Shown one piece after another: positions 23,476 through 35,579 of a DNA stretch of 64,000 bases (the first letter of the stretch is position 1; every line of letters starts with the position of its first letter). Source of the stretch: Monocercomonoides exilis PA203 (Eukaryota; Protista; Preaxostyla); the NCBI GenBank assembly GCA_001643675.2, contig LSRY02000015.1:806001-870000 (forward strand), in the 5' to 3' direction. Under the pieces are notes generated by a model that was not told the DNA's origin, made no database searches, and worked only from the letters and a program-made list of their open reading frames with translations. Both the position numbers and the translations under genes were made by a program.

Positions 23476-25044
23476 TTAATAAAACAAGATATGCGCCTTG
23501 AATGGATCTAGCGCAACAAACAGCCCCTTTTCTTTAAGTTCATTGATGTTTCGCCTGTAAAGCACTTTGTTCAGCACATCATCCAAATCAACATCTTCTG
23601 AATCCTCTTCTCTTTCAATCGCATCTAAACCAGGCAGATGCACTCTGCAGTATCCTTTGCCTTCCGTGTAGTTGATAATAACCACCACTCTTTTATTCTC
23701 CATAGTCCACGCCCAGCATAAGAACCGCCATGAGCTCTGATCCATATCTTCCACATCCAACACACTCCAATTCCCAACTTGAAATATCTCATCCTTCAAA
23801 ATACCCTGCAGCCTCCTGTAAAACTCTGTCATTTCTTTGTTCTCTGGCTCAGGCGCCCCTCGTCTCAGATGGACATCCAGCTTATTTGCTTTGCCTTCTG
23901 TTTGCCCCATGAAAAACAGCCTCATTCCAGGAAGTGTCATTGACGCCACAGCAGCTGCCTGTGCACGAGCAACAGAACCGAATTTCTTGATGCTCCTCTC
24001 TTCGTCGTGATTCTCGACGAAATGCGTCATTTTGCTGAAGTCTGTGCTTTTGATATAGCTCCTCAAATTGTCCATGTGGCCGGACACGAGTCTGTCATAA
24101 AGTCCATCTTTATCATACATCCAATCAAAGCCCAGCTTAAGCAGTTCATTCTCTTTCCCCCAATACACCTCTGCCATCAACTGAAATGATGGATATTCCG
24201 CTTTCACTTCTTCAATAGCTTCGTCCCAAAACTCTCTTGTTGGGCGCTGATAGTCACGGCTGGATAGCTGGGTTCCCCAAGTTGAGTTAAAAACATCATT
24301 TAGAAGAAGCATTGCCATATCGCAACGAACACCGTCAGCAACAGCTGCGCATTCTCTGAGGAATGCCATAAGTTGCTTTTTCATTTCAGGTTCCCAAATA
24401 TTATATTGGGCTGTGTCCTTCCATGCACCGCTATAAGGATCTCTTCCGTAAGCTACGCCATTTGGCAAATACAGATCAGGATTAAAAGGAGGTGATTCAG
24501 ATGGTGGAGCTTGAATGTACATGTGCTTCTTTTTTACAACAAAATCCATGTCAATAGCAGAATGATTCGGCACGAAGTCAACATAAAGTTGCATCCCCAA
24601 ATCATGAAGCCTTTGACGAAAGAGAAGAATATCTTCTTTTGTTCCCAAGCAAGGATTTATAACATAATCTTTAATTGCATAAGGCGATCCAATTATATCA
24701 TCTTCTGTCCACCTGAGATGTTTTGCAGTAATGATAAAAATTGAATTTTAACAAAATATTTCTTTTTTATCAAACCCAGGTAAAATTGAGTCAAAATATC
24801 GCTTTAACCCTTCGTTTTCTTTTTCAATTTTCAAACCCGTTGGTCCAAGATTCCAAATGCCCATTAACCAAACAATGTCGTATCCATGGCTTCGCAAAAG
24901 CAACAATTCTTCATCAGGAATTTGATTAATATTCTTAAAAGTTCTTTTGTATTTGCTCTCAAGCTCAAAAAGCCAAGGTCGCGCATTTAATTCAATGAGC
25001 GAAGGAAATTTCGGAAAAGAAGTTTGCATTAATGAAATTGCCAT
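23476..25044 (-). CDS. GH13 alpha-amylase family glycosidase, 2 exons, no obvious signal peptide
   Basis: Exon 1 ELNARPWL...YDIVWLMGIW; intron 24713-24775; then GSPYAIKDY, DFVPNH, DGVRCDMAM (nucleophile), MAEVYW (acid/base), ENHDE. Start could be 25065, 25044 or 25029. Confidence 0.9.
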
Positions 25045-26316
25045 CAAAATATCAAACAAAATCATATAACAAAAATTAATGAGGGGAGATAATCAAGATA
25101 ATATTTTGTTTCCATTTGTTATTGGAAAAAAATGAAATTTAACATTTGTTCGAAAATTTTAAAATTTTAGTTTTCTTTAAAACTTTCAACTGAAATAAAA
25201 AGATTTTGAAAATTCGATTATCCTTTGATAAACTAAAATTTAAACGTATTGTAACAATTATCTTGAAAATTCCACTGATAATTCTATTTATTTGAACGGA
25301 ACTGATCAAATAAATTCCGGTGCGACAGTTATTCACGGGAATATTTATCTTTGAAAAATATTTGTTTAATTGAAGGTTTATTCTGTCACTGTTGAAACTG
25401 AAGCTGATGATTGGCCACTTGAAAAAGCATGCAAACGTATAACTGATAATTGTGATTTAAGAAAAAACCAAACCTTCTAAAAGTTTTTCAACTCTCTCAG
25501 TTGTTGCTTTATGCTCTCTTTCGAAATTGTTCAACATTTTTTAAAAAATAAATATTCATTGCAAGCACACTCTTTTGTTGTATTTAGATTTGATGCAACT
25601 TTCCGTAAATAAAGCTCAACTTGATGAAGTTCATCTTCATGATTTTTGAAAAAAAAAACATTGATACAAAAAACAAAAATTCATTTTTAAAATATTCAAA
25701 ATTAGATACCTTCTACTTCAATTTGAGATTCAGACGAGGTCTGATTTGTTGTTGACATGAGTAAAAATAACAAAAAGATTTTCAGTTTATGTAACAAAAA
25801 ATTATATCTCAAATTATGATCATCCGTATCAATAAATTCTCTATAACAGAGATGAAGTCAACTATTCTTTTTTTGTTTTTCTTTGTAAAAACAAGCAGAA
25901 ATAAACAAATTTTGAATACTGATTAAAAAAATTGTTTTCAAATAGTTGAAAAAGAAATTTCAACAAAATTATTATTTTTCATTTTGATTGAAAAAACATA
26001 TTTCAATCATAAAATACATGTAAAATGAGAAGTTTGAAATAAGTTTGTTTTATAGACACTTGAAGGTTTCTCTCATTTGATTACAAACACATTTTTCATC
26101 ACAAATTTCTTTCAATATATTTTGAATTCGTTTTCGCAAACTTTTTTTTCAATTGAAAATTCTTTTTAACTGGAATTTGGAAAAATTGATTTAATAATTT
26201 TAAAAATACAAATAAACAGTCTATCAATCAGTAATACGTGTTAAAATAGTGTTTAAAAACACAAATAAAAGAAATGGGAAAATTCATGTATTCAACAACA
26301 CATATATGAATTTCGT

Positions 26317-26688
26317 TTATGCATTTGACATGTATTTTGTCACAGATTTTGTTCCCTCAGAAACAGCGTGCTTTGCAAGCTCTCCAGGAAGAAGAAGACG
26401 AACAGCTGTTTGAATCTCCCGAGATGTGAGTGTGTGACGGTTGTTGTAGCGAGCAAGACGAGATGCTTCAGTTGCGATTCTTTCAAAGATATCGTTGATG
26501 AAAGAATTCATGATTGCCATGGCGCGATTTGAGATTCCAGTTTCTGGATGAACAGACTTCAACACACGGTAAATGTAGCTGGAATAGGTCTCATGACGCT
26601 TCTTCTTTCTCTCTTTCTTATCTCCAGCAACTTTTGCGGCTTTATCAACTTTTGGAACAGGTTTTGTTTCAGTGTTAACTTGTGACAT
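26317..26688 (-). CDS. H2B: Histone H2B
   Basis: [46 protein letters not shown]...[30 protein letters not shown]. Intronless. Confidence 0.98.
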   Translation of the reverse strand: MSQVNTETKPVPKVDKAAKVAGDKKERKKKRHETYSSYIYRVLKSVHPETGISNRAMAIMNSFINDIFERIATEASRLARYNNRHTLTSREIQTAVRLLLPGELAKHAVSEGTKSVTKYMSNA

Positions 26689-28269
26689 TTATAAAAATAA
26701 TCTTCAATAAAGAATTACACTCAACAAACTATTTTTCTTCCTTTTATATAAAGTTGTTATAAAAAGAGAATCAATATATTTTGTGCACAAAAAATAAATT
26801 ACAATTATGGTAAATGATCATAAAATAATTGTACATATCATCTGTCAGAAGAATATAAGATGCTGTTTTGTTATTTTTTGAATGATTTAATGCATAATTG
26901 TTGATTTTGTCTTTTCAGAATTTTTTTGATCAACCACAAACTTTGTGGAAGTTTATTATTTATTCTTTTCTAAATCGATTCATTTTCGTAATGTTTTATA
27001 AATTCACTTCTTAGTTTCAAATATAGACATTTTCGTAGCATTTCATAAAAAAAAAAATTAAACAAATAATTGATGAATTTGTTTCATTTAAAAAGATAAT
27101 CTTAACTGACAAATAAATTATTTTAGCTTTTGCTCAAATAACAACGCAAAATCAGCTTCGCAAAATATTCGAAATTTAATAATTTCTTTCTTTCTATTTT
27201 TCCATTTTTTCGTAGTACATTTTTGGAGCTTCAATTTTTATTTCTCAAACAAAGCACTCGAAAGTTTCCAAAACACTTAACGCAATATTTTCAACCATTT
27301 TAATTTTTTTAAATTTAAATTAAAAACGTTGACATAAATTACTAAACTTTGATGCTAACTTTTCCTTTTGCTAAGCTTAAATAACTGTAAATAGCCAGAA
27401 AATTGATAAATTGATAAAAAGAATCAAAATGGAAATTTGAACTCAAATCTAAAAACACAGTACATAAACAAATTCTCTTATACATTTATCCTCAGTGAAG
27501 AATATGTTTATTACAAATATAAGCTTTTCTTTGAAGATATAAATAAAAAGACAAATTTTCAAAAAAAGTCCTTGTCATAAAAAACTTTCAACATATTAAC
27601 ACCATATGCCATTTGCATGTAACATATATATCAAGATATAAAATCGGTGTTGATCAAATAAAAAGATATCCATGATATAAATCATTATCTCTCGCATTTT
27701 TATTTTTTCAAAATAAACAAAATATTAATATTTCACGCATGAGCGGCACGCAAATAAAATTAAAAATCATTATTTATCTTTCACTTATTTCACTATGAAC
27801 GCAAAAATTATTGTTGAATTCCCAAAAACTTAACAATTAGCCCCATAATATTTTTAATTGATTGGGAATGTTAAATGAAGAATTTAACTGTAAACAAAAA
27901 ATTGCGAACTCAAAATATTAATAGTTACTAAGAGTTAAATAGAATGAATATTTCTCCTATCCCATTTATAAATTCGTGATCATTTACCATTTTCTACAAT
28001 GATGAAAAATTGAAATAATATGGGTAGGTTTACAATTTTTTGTCAGGAAAAACTAACTTACCAACAAAAAAGATCGTTCAGCACACTTTTCAAGTTCAAA
28101 TGATAGATATCAACGAGAATATACTTAATCAAAACAAAAATACAAAGAAGATAATGGATAAAACCACTTATGCTAGCCAATCATTAAAATCAACTATTTC
28201 ATGTACAGATGAAGCAAAAAACACATTTCAGGAATAAAAACAAATGAACAGGAAAAGAAAAGTCTTATT

Positions 28270-29050
28270 AAATAGATCAATGTTGAAGATCTGCTCTTTC
28301 TTTTTGACAAATGATGGGATCAAGACTGAAACAAGAAGAGTTATCTTTATGTTAACTGAGGATTTTTGCAATAAGTGATGCTCATTAAATGCAAATAGTT
28401 TCAGAATGATTAATTATTAGTTGCATTGCTAAAGAGGAGACATTTCTGAATCACAACTTGTTACAAGATGAATTTTTCATTGAATCTGGTATTTGACTGA
28501 AGATAATGATTGCAGAATGGGATACAAAGTTGGAGTTCAGAAAAGTCACCAACTTGATTAATACTTATTCTCAAAAGCATAGAAACTTCACAGTAATATA
28601 AGTGCGTTAGCAGCTTATGGTTGTGGATCAAAAGTCACTTTGAAAACACTGTTGCTTGAGATCAAGTGTCATGAACAATAATCCAATTTGAAATCATCAA
28701 AAGAAGAATTGATGTTGATTTGAGTAACATAATTCTCTATCGCTATAAATCACAAGACAGCATGAACTGTAATCGGTATCATTGGATCGAACAATGAACT
28801 TGTTGAGGTATCAAATGTGTGTGTAAACTGTTCCAAATCGCTTTGAGACGTTTCGAAATTAGCAAATTCAAGCAACGGCAGAACTCAAAATGATTTAAAA
28901 TTCAAACAAAATTCATGAAAGATCAACTCCAATAGATCTAACATATCAGGATGTGAATGAAAACTGATTGAGAACAGCAATTGCCATTGAAAGAAAGCAA
29001 ATTCAAATATTTTGCAATTCTACACTCAAATCAAAGAACAAGAAATGAGC
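28270..29050 (+). pseudogene. Decayed coding remnant, possibly a vWA domain
   Basis: Interrupted frames contain RRVIFMLTED and ALAAYGCGSKVTLKTL, reminiscent of vWA strands (KVIILLTDG, IFAIGVG). Many stops. Weak. Confidence 0.22.
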
Positions 29051-29791
29051 ATAACCGCAGAAACTTCAGAAAGAGGAAATGAACAGTTTCATTGAAACAA
29101 AGACAAAACAACAGTGAAGCAAAACAAAATAGAAATAGTGAGCAGAAACAGATTACTCATGAAGACTTTCAACTGAAATAGAACAAAAACACATGAGTGC
29201 ACAAGTGTTGTAGACGAGGTTTAATAATATGGATGCAAGGGTGTGCGATTGTGCAGTGGAATTTATTGAATGAGTGAATGTCTGACAGTGAATGTGTTTT
29301 GGTGGATATGTGAAATATGTATGGTGTTAAAGTGTAGTGATGTATGAAGATATGCAATGAAAGAGGTGCTGTTTGATAAAAAAATTAACAAATTCGATTG
29401 CATGAGGATTCTTGAAAGCATGAGTGAGAAATGAAGAGTGAAACAATGTGATAATGCAGATGATGACAAATGTGTTTCAAAGGATGAAGAGAAGAAGTGA
29501 AAAGGATGCAATTCAAGAAATGAATGGAAAGTTATTTGTTTGAAGAGATGAAAGAAAGAAAGAAAGAAAGAAAGATAACAGATCAACTAACGGAAAACAA
29601 TAATGACAAACATCAAGATGGACAAGAAAGATGCTAATGAAGAACATCGAGAAATAAAAAGAAGCATTTTGAAGACTGTACAGATTCAATGAGTGAATGT
29701 GTTTGAAACAGTCACCAAACGTGAAATAAAACACATACAAGCGCACCCAAACACAAACACAAAAGAACACAAAAAGAACATTTAAAGAACA

Positions 29792-32700
29792 TCACTTTTT
29801 GGCAGCCTTCTTCCCTTTCTTTTGCCTCCCTTTCTTTGCATCTCTTTTGGCAGAGCGGGCAGCGCATTTGATCACATTGAAGAAGTGCCTGCGGTTGTAA
29901 GACATCACAGCAGCAATGGAAGCAGAAACAGTGTCAGAAAGCGAATGAGGGAGGGCTTGGCTTTGAGAAGAAAGCTGAGAAGAAGAGAGAGAAGAAGAGA
30001 GAGAAGAAGTCTGAGGCGAAGGCTGAGAAGCAGATTGAGAAGCAGATTGAGACACAGACTGGAACGGAAGCTGAGGAGAACGCTGGAAAGAGTGCTGTGA
30101 AGACAAAGGCAAAGACACCAAAGAGGCGCTGGCAGATGGACTGCTGCTTGACTGAAGGGAATCAAATGGCCTTGGAAGAACATGTGGGCTGACTGAAGAA
30201 CTGAGAGTGGGCAATGAAGAAATAGATGAAGAGATAGAGGTGGAGGCAGAAGAAGAAGAAGAAGAAGAAGAAACAGGAAAAGAAGAATTTGAAGAAGAAG
30301 CATTGGAAGAAGCATTAGCAGAAGAATTAGAATTAGAATTAGAAGAAGAAGAAGAAGAAGTTAAACCAGGTTTTACAACAGGCATCCGAGCCCATGCAAC
30401 ATAAGGATTGCACGAAGGTCGATTGTCCTTCGGGAAAGGCTGCGGGAAGCGAGAAGAATGAATGCCATCAGGTTCATTCAGAAAGTCAGCAAGAGACAAA
30501 GAAGAGGGGGATAAAGAGATGGATGAAGAATTGGATGAAGAAGAAGATGGAGATGAAGATGGCTTGGATGAAGATGAAGATGAAGATGAAGATGGATTGG
30601 AGGAAAGGGAGGAGGAAGAGAGGGAAGAGGATGAAATGGAAGAAGGAAAAGAAGAAGGAAGGGAAGATGAGAGAGGCGAAGTTGATACAGCGTCTGTGCT
30701 GGATGCTGATGTTTGACTTGCTGTTGGGGCCAAAGGCTGCATTTGATCCGACTGAATTGATTTCAACGTTGTTTCTGAAGATGCAATAGGAACAGCTGCT
30801 TCTGCTCCATCTGCTTCATTTGAAGGGATTATCGTTGAATTCATTGTATTTGTTGTTGACAGCATTGAAGAAGGAGATGAAGAAACAGATGAAGAAGATG
30901 ATGAAGCAGCAGAATTTGACTCAGCAGCAGGAGAGCGAATGTGAGAAGCGATCAGGGCGATTGAAGCAGGAGGCACAGGAGAAAGGAAAGTGGAAGGAAA
31001 ACACGTGGCAGAGGAAAGAGAAGGAGGGATTAGAGGATTGGTGTTTTTTGGATCATCACGTTTGAGCCGTTCGCTTATGCCGAAGGAAAAAGGAGAAGAG
31101 AAAGAAGAGAAAGAAGAAGAGAAAGAAGAAGAGAAAAAGTGTTTGTCGTAGGAGGGGAAAGGGTCTGTGGAAAGAGAGTTGAGATTGCGGGGCAATGAGA
31201 GAGGAAGGCGTTTGTTAGAAGAAGAAGAGGAAGAAGAAGAAGATGATGATGATTGTGAAGCAGACAAATGACATCCTTTTCTATTAGCTGAAAGAGCAGC
31301 TCTTTTTGATGAAGACGGAGGCATCGGAAAAGAAGCAGGCAAACAATGTGTTCTTTGCTTTGGAAGAACAGAAGGAAAAATTTGTCTATTTCTTTTGTTC
31401 AATTTTTGTGCAGGTTTGTTTGATTCGGTTTCTTTTTTGGATTTATTTGGTTTATTTGGTTTATTTGGTTTATTAGGTTTATTGGGTTTATTGGACATAT
31501 TGATGTTTTTGTTCGAAGAAAGTACTTTTGCTTTTCTTTTTGGTTTTGGGACAGAAGAAGCAGAAGAAGCAGAGGAAGAAGAGAAGGAAGAAGAAGATGA
31601 TGACAAATAAGATGAATTGCGAAGTCTTGACGAACGAGTGGAGGAAGAAGAAGAGGAGGAGGAAGAAGAGGAAGAAGAAGAAAGAGGTGTGGTGGAAGAG
31701 GAAGAGGAAGTGGAAGTGGATGAAATGAGTGAATTGGATGAATTTGGCGAAGTGGATGAACTGGAAGAGGAAGAGGAAGAGGAAGAGGAAGAGGAAGAAG
31801 AGGTGGTTGAAGATGCTGATGATGAAGTGTTCGCATCTGTAGAAGAAGAACCAGAGGCAGAAGAAGCAGAAGAAGAAGAAGCAGAAGAAGAAACAGCAGG
31901 CGAAAGCGGAGGTGATGCAGGCAATACCCCATCTATTTTGAGTTTGTCTACGTCAATCATTTCCTGCTGCCTCAAAAGGAAAGACATTGCTACTTCTTCT
32001 TCGATTCTCATTTTCCTCTGATATCTCGTTTCAGGCATGGAAACTGTGTATTGCAAGCTGCTGAGGAAAGACGAAGACAAAGGAGAAGAAGAAGAAGAAG
32101 ATGATGATGATGATGATGAAGATGAAGGTGAAGATGATGTTAATGGAGATTTTGAAGAATTCTTTTGATTTGACTTTTTGCGAGATTTATTGCGAGGTGT
32201 TGTGGCAGAAGGAGACGAAGAAGGAGAAGGCAGCAAGTCAGATGAAGAAAGCTCCGGAGAAACAGAAGCAGATGATATGTCAATAATATCTGAAGAAGAT
32301 GAAGAGGAAGAGGAAGAGGAGGAAGAAGAAGAAGATAAATCATCAGAATGAAATGAGATATCATTTGGAGCATTTGTTTGTGAATAAGATGAATCAGATG
32401 AAAAAGTTGCATTCAAATTGGATGGAACAGACAGAGGCAATGAAGTGCTCTCAGAAGTGGGATGTGAAGTGGGAATGGGTGTGGATGTGCAAACAGGGGA
32501 GGAGGAGCAAGAAGAAGAAGAAAAAGAAGACATTGAAGAAGTAGAAGTAGAAGATGATGAAGGAGAAGAATGAAATGAAGAAGAAGAAGAAGAAGAAGAA
32601 GAAGAAGAAGAAGACACTGGAGTTTGAACTGAATCAGAAGTCAAAGCAGAAGCAGAGGCAGAAGCAGAAGCAGAGGCAGAAGCAGAAGCAAAAGAGGAAA

Positions 32701-35377
32701 GCGAAGGCGAAGAAGAAAGTGAAGCAGCAATTGAAGTGTGATCGGCATCATTCACATCGTGTGTCACCGAATCTGTTTCAGCACCATTCAATGAAGAGTC
32801 GTTTTGAGAAGAAAGCGAATGAACGAGCAACTTTGGGATTTCAACATGAGGCAACTGTGGAGAATCTGAAGGTGAAGGAGCATTGCCAGCGATATTGTCA
32901 TCTTCCTCTTCGAGAAGAGGAAAAGGTTTTCGTACAAACATTTCATTTTCATTTCTGTCTGAATGTGTTTTTTTCATTTTCAGTTTCAACACTTCACTGT
33001 TATTTGATTGATCGTTGCATTCACTCGAATTATCTTGTGAATTGCTACGACTCCGGTTTCTGCTTCTGCTTCTGCTTCGGCTTCTGCTTTTTCTTTCTTT
33101 CTTTTTGTTAACAAAATAAATTTCACTTGCTCCGTCGCTTTCGACGGATTTATCGTCTTTGTCTGATGTGGTATCCTCCATGTTTTCTTCAGTGAGGATA
33201 GTCATTGTCTCTTCCTCTTCATCCTCATCATCATCTTCCTCGTCGATTTCATCCATTTCGTCTTCATCTTCTCCTTCGTTGCTTTCAGTTTTGTCTTCAG
33301 CATCCTCAATGCCCTCACCATCAAATTCTTTCCTTCCATCTTCTTTTGTTCCAATTTTTCCATCATCTTTCTCATTCTCATTTGCATGTTGAAGCTTTGC
33401 CAAATTGTCAATAGATGGTTTTCTCTTCAGATCATTTGGCGAACTTCCAGCTCCCTTTTCATTTGGCAAGTTCTCCTTTTCTCTCCCAACCTTATTCCTA
33501 TCTGCAACAGCCTTTTCAGCAGCTGCATTGTTTTCCCTGGGCCTTATTCGCTTTCTAAACTCTTCGATCATCGATCTTATTTTTTCTCCAGAAGCAAGTA
33601 TCACCTCGTTGCTTTTCTCGTGCAAGATCACTTTTAATTTTTTATTCATTTTCTCTTTCTCCTCTTGATCATCAACAGGCACGACTGAATCGCCAGATGA
33701 AGTGGAAGAGGACGAATCAGAATCGTCATTTTGATAGCTCCGTTTAACTTTTCTTTTCGTATTTGAAGCTGCTGAATGTGATTTAGATTTTTTAGCAGCT
33801 GATTTTTTGTGCTTTGAAAGATTGCTCCTATTTCGATTTCTATTCTTTTTCGATTGTTCTTTTTGCTTTCTTTTGGGTTTTGATCTTACAGTATTGGTCG
33901 GGACGGGCTGTAAAGTAGTTGGGATCTGAGAGGCAATTGGGCTTGACGAAACTGCAGGTTGCACTTGTGAAGATCTGTCCAGACTTTTTGGTGAAGTCAA
34001 TGGAAAAGTACGACCTTTGTATTTCAGTTGAGTATGACGTGAAAAAGGTTGTAATGGAAACAAAGATGGAAATGGCACTTTCTTAAGTCCTAGTAATGAA
34101 TCTGGTTGACAATCAGGAAGTTTCGGAGTTACAACTGGTGGCAAAGGCGCAGATTTTGCTACAGAAGAAAATGTCGGAATGGCTGGAACGTTGTTCAATA
34201 CAGGCGGCTTAAAAGGATACAGCAAAGAAGAAGAAGGCAACACTGTGTTCGAAATCAGAGGAAAAGAGAGCAGTGGATTTCCAAAAGGTGAAATGTCGAA
34301 TGGATTAGGTATTTTCGGTATTTGGGTTCTAAACTGTGAAATGGAAGCTGGAAATGCAGGACGAACAGAAACAGATCTTAAAGGTGTTTGTGTTGCGCAT
34401 TCAGCTGATGAAGATGAAGACAATGCCTTGTTTTGATTCGAGGAATTGAATAAAGTTGAAGGCATTGAAAAAGAAGACGTTGAAGTGGAGGGAAGATATA
34501 AATTGGAAGATGGTGAAGTGGAAGAGGAAGGAGAAGGGGTAACTGATGAAGAGGAAGAAGATTCAGAATAAAAAGTCGATGAATTGGCTTGATTTTGACG
34601 ATTTGTTTGATTCAAAGAATTATGTGTGCCATTCTGGTTCTCAGAAATTATTGGATAAGCATCTTCTTGAGACATAAAAATATTTTCCATCATAGCCGCA
34701 TATTGCTCAGGAATGAATAGATCACTGTTTTCATGACTCACTTTTTCTTTACAAGAGTTTAAGGTTGTTTTCCCATTATCATTCTTTGCCTGACCATCCT
34801 TTTGAGCAGACTCAGGCTTAAAAAATATTTTTCCTTCTTTCTCATTTTGCTTTAAACGGTGAAAATCCGTTCTTTTAATTACAATTGTTAATTTATTCTC
34901 TTTTGATTTTTGTTCGTTAATATTCTTTTCCTGATGGACGAATGTGCTCTTCAACGGATTTTGCTGAGAAATCAAGTTTTTTGATGATACAGCTGAAGAT
35001 TCGCACAAACGTTGGTTATTTTGAGCAATGGATTCGGATGAATGCGCAGAGAAAGTTGTGGACGATACATTTGACACATTTGAAACTTTAGACAAATTTT
35101 CGGGATCTGATGATGAAGAAGGTGTGGGCATATCAAAAAGTTGTGGACATTGAATTTTTATATTAGTGTTTTGAAATGAAGAATTTCCTTGCTGATTTGG
35201 TGAAGAATATTCATCAGTTGTAACAGAAGTTTTTTTCTTCTTTTTCTCTTCCTGCCTGATATAATTTTCCTTATCCTGTTGCTTCTTCTTAAATCTCGTC
35301 ATCTTCGTAGGCTTCGTTTCGACTAAGATGATTTCTGTTTCGTCATCGCTCGAAAATGAGATTTCATTCTCAGTCAT
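29792..35377 (-). CDS. Hypothetical 1861-aa Ser-rich low-complexity protein, probably nuclear
   Basis: Uninterrupted 5.6-kb ORF from ATG 35377 with poly-Ser and acidic tracts, RS dipeptides, an (NKP)n repeat and Lys/Arg-rich NLS-like clusters. No recognisable domain. Confidence 0.75.
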   Translation of the reverse strand: MTENEISFSSDDETEIILVETKPTKMTRFKKKQQDKENYIRQEEKKKKKTSVTTDEYSSPNQQGNSSFQNTNIKIQCPQLFDMPTPSSSSDPENLSKVSNVSNVSSTTFSAHSSESIAQNNQRLCESSAVSSKNLISQQNPLKSTFVHQEKNINEQKSKENKLTIVIKRTDFHRLKQNEKEGKIFFKPESAQKDGQAKNDNGKTTLNSCKEKVSHENSDLFIPEQYAAMMENIFMSQEDAYPIISENQNGTHNSLNQTNRQNQANSSTFYSESSSSSSVTPSPSSSTSPSSNLYLPSTSTSSFSMPSTLFNSSNQNKALSSSSSAECATQTPLRSVSVRPAFPASISQFRTQIPKIPNPFDISPFGNPLLSFPLISNTVLPSSSLLYPFKPPVLNNVPAIPTFSSVAKSAPLPPVVTPKLPDCQPDSLLGLKKVPFPSLFPLQPFSRHTQLKYKGRTFPLTSPKSLDRSSQVQPAVSSSPIASQIPTTLQPVPTNTVRSKPKRKQKEQSKKNRNRNRSNLSKHKKSAAKKSKSHSAASNTKRKVKRSYQNDDSDSSSSTSSGDSVVPVDDQEEKEKMNKKLKVILHEKSNEVILASGEKIRSMIEEFRKRIRPRENNAAAEKAVADRNKVGREKENLPNEKGAGSSPNDLKRKPSIDNLAKLQHANENEKDDGKIGTKEDGRKEFDGEGIEDAEDKTESNEGEDEDEMDEIDEEDDDEDEEEETMTILTEENMEDTTSDKDDKSVESDGASEIYFVNKKKERKSRSRSRSRSRNRSRSNSQDNSSECNDQSNNSEVLKLKMKKTHSDRNENEMFVRKPFPLLEEEDDNIAGNAPSPSDSPQLPHVEIPKLLVHSLSSQNDSSLNGAETDSVTHDVNDADHTSIAASLSSSPSLSSFASASASASASASASALTSDSVQTPVSSSSSSSSSSSSSFHSSPSSSSTSTSSMSSFSSSSCSSSPVCTSTPIPTSHPTSESTSLPLSVPSNLNATFSSDSSYSQTNAPNDISFHSDDLSSSSSSSSSSSSSSSDIIDISSASVSPELSSSDLLPSPSSSPSATTPRNKSRKKSNQKNSSKSPLTSSSPSSSSSSSSSSSSSSPLSSSFLSSLQYTVSMPETRYQRKMRIEEEVAMSFLLRQQEMIDVDKLKIDGVLPASPPLSPAVSSSASSSSASSASGSSSTDANTSSSASSTTSSSSSSSSSSSSSSSSTSPNSSNSLISSTSTSSSSSTTPLSSSSSSSSSSSSSSTRSSRLRNSSYLSSSSSSFSSSSASSASSVPKPKRKAKVLSSNKNINMSNKPNKPNKPNKPNKPNKSKKETESNKPAQKLNKRNRQIFPSVLPKQRTHCLPASFPMPPSSSKRAALSANRKGCHLSASQSSSSSSSSSSSSNKRLPLSLPRNLNSLSTDPFPSYDKHFFSSSFSSSFSSFSSPFSFGISERLKRDDPKNTNPLIPPSLSSATCFPSTFLSPVPPASIALIASHIRSPAAESNSAASSSSSSVSSSPSSMLSTTNTMNSTIIPSNEADGAEAAVPIASSETTLKSIQSDQMQPLAPTASQTSASSTDAVSTSPLSSSLPSSFPSSISSSSLSSSSLSSNPSSSSSSSSSKPSSSPSSSSSNSSSISLSPSSLSLADFLNEPDGIHSSRFPQPFPKDNRPSCNPYVAWARMPVVKPGLTSSSSSSNSNSNSSANASSNASSSNSSFPVSSSSSSSSASTSISSSISSLPTLSSSVSPHVLPRPFDSLQSSSSPSASASLVSLPLSSQHSFQRSPQLPFQSVSQSASQSASQPSPQTSSLSSSLSSSQLSSQSQALPHSLSDTVSASIAAVMSYNRRHFFNVIKCAARSAKRDAKKGRQKKGKKAAKK

Positions 35378-35579
35378 TTATTGTTTCGATTCTTCAATTG
35401 GGAAGTGAGCAATCGCACTAAATTGCTAACAAAATATACAAATTATCGAATAAAACATAATTCAGCTGCATTTAGCACACCTTTATCGTGCTTCTGAAAA
35501 AATTTTGATATTGAAAAATAAACACTTTCTAAGGTTTAAGATCAAAAAAGTTTTTTGCATTACACAAGGAAAAACAAAT

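Noticed and set aside
26807-27990. 14-bp inverted repeat atggtaaatgatca / tgatcatttaccat about 1.2 kb apart
   Set aside because: Too short, no clear TSD and no internal ORF; cannot support a transposon call.
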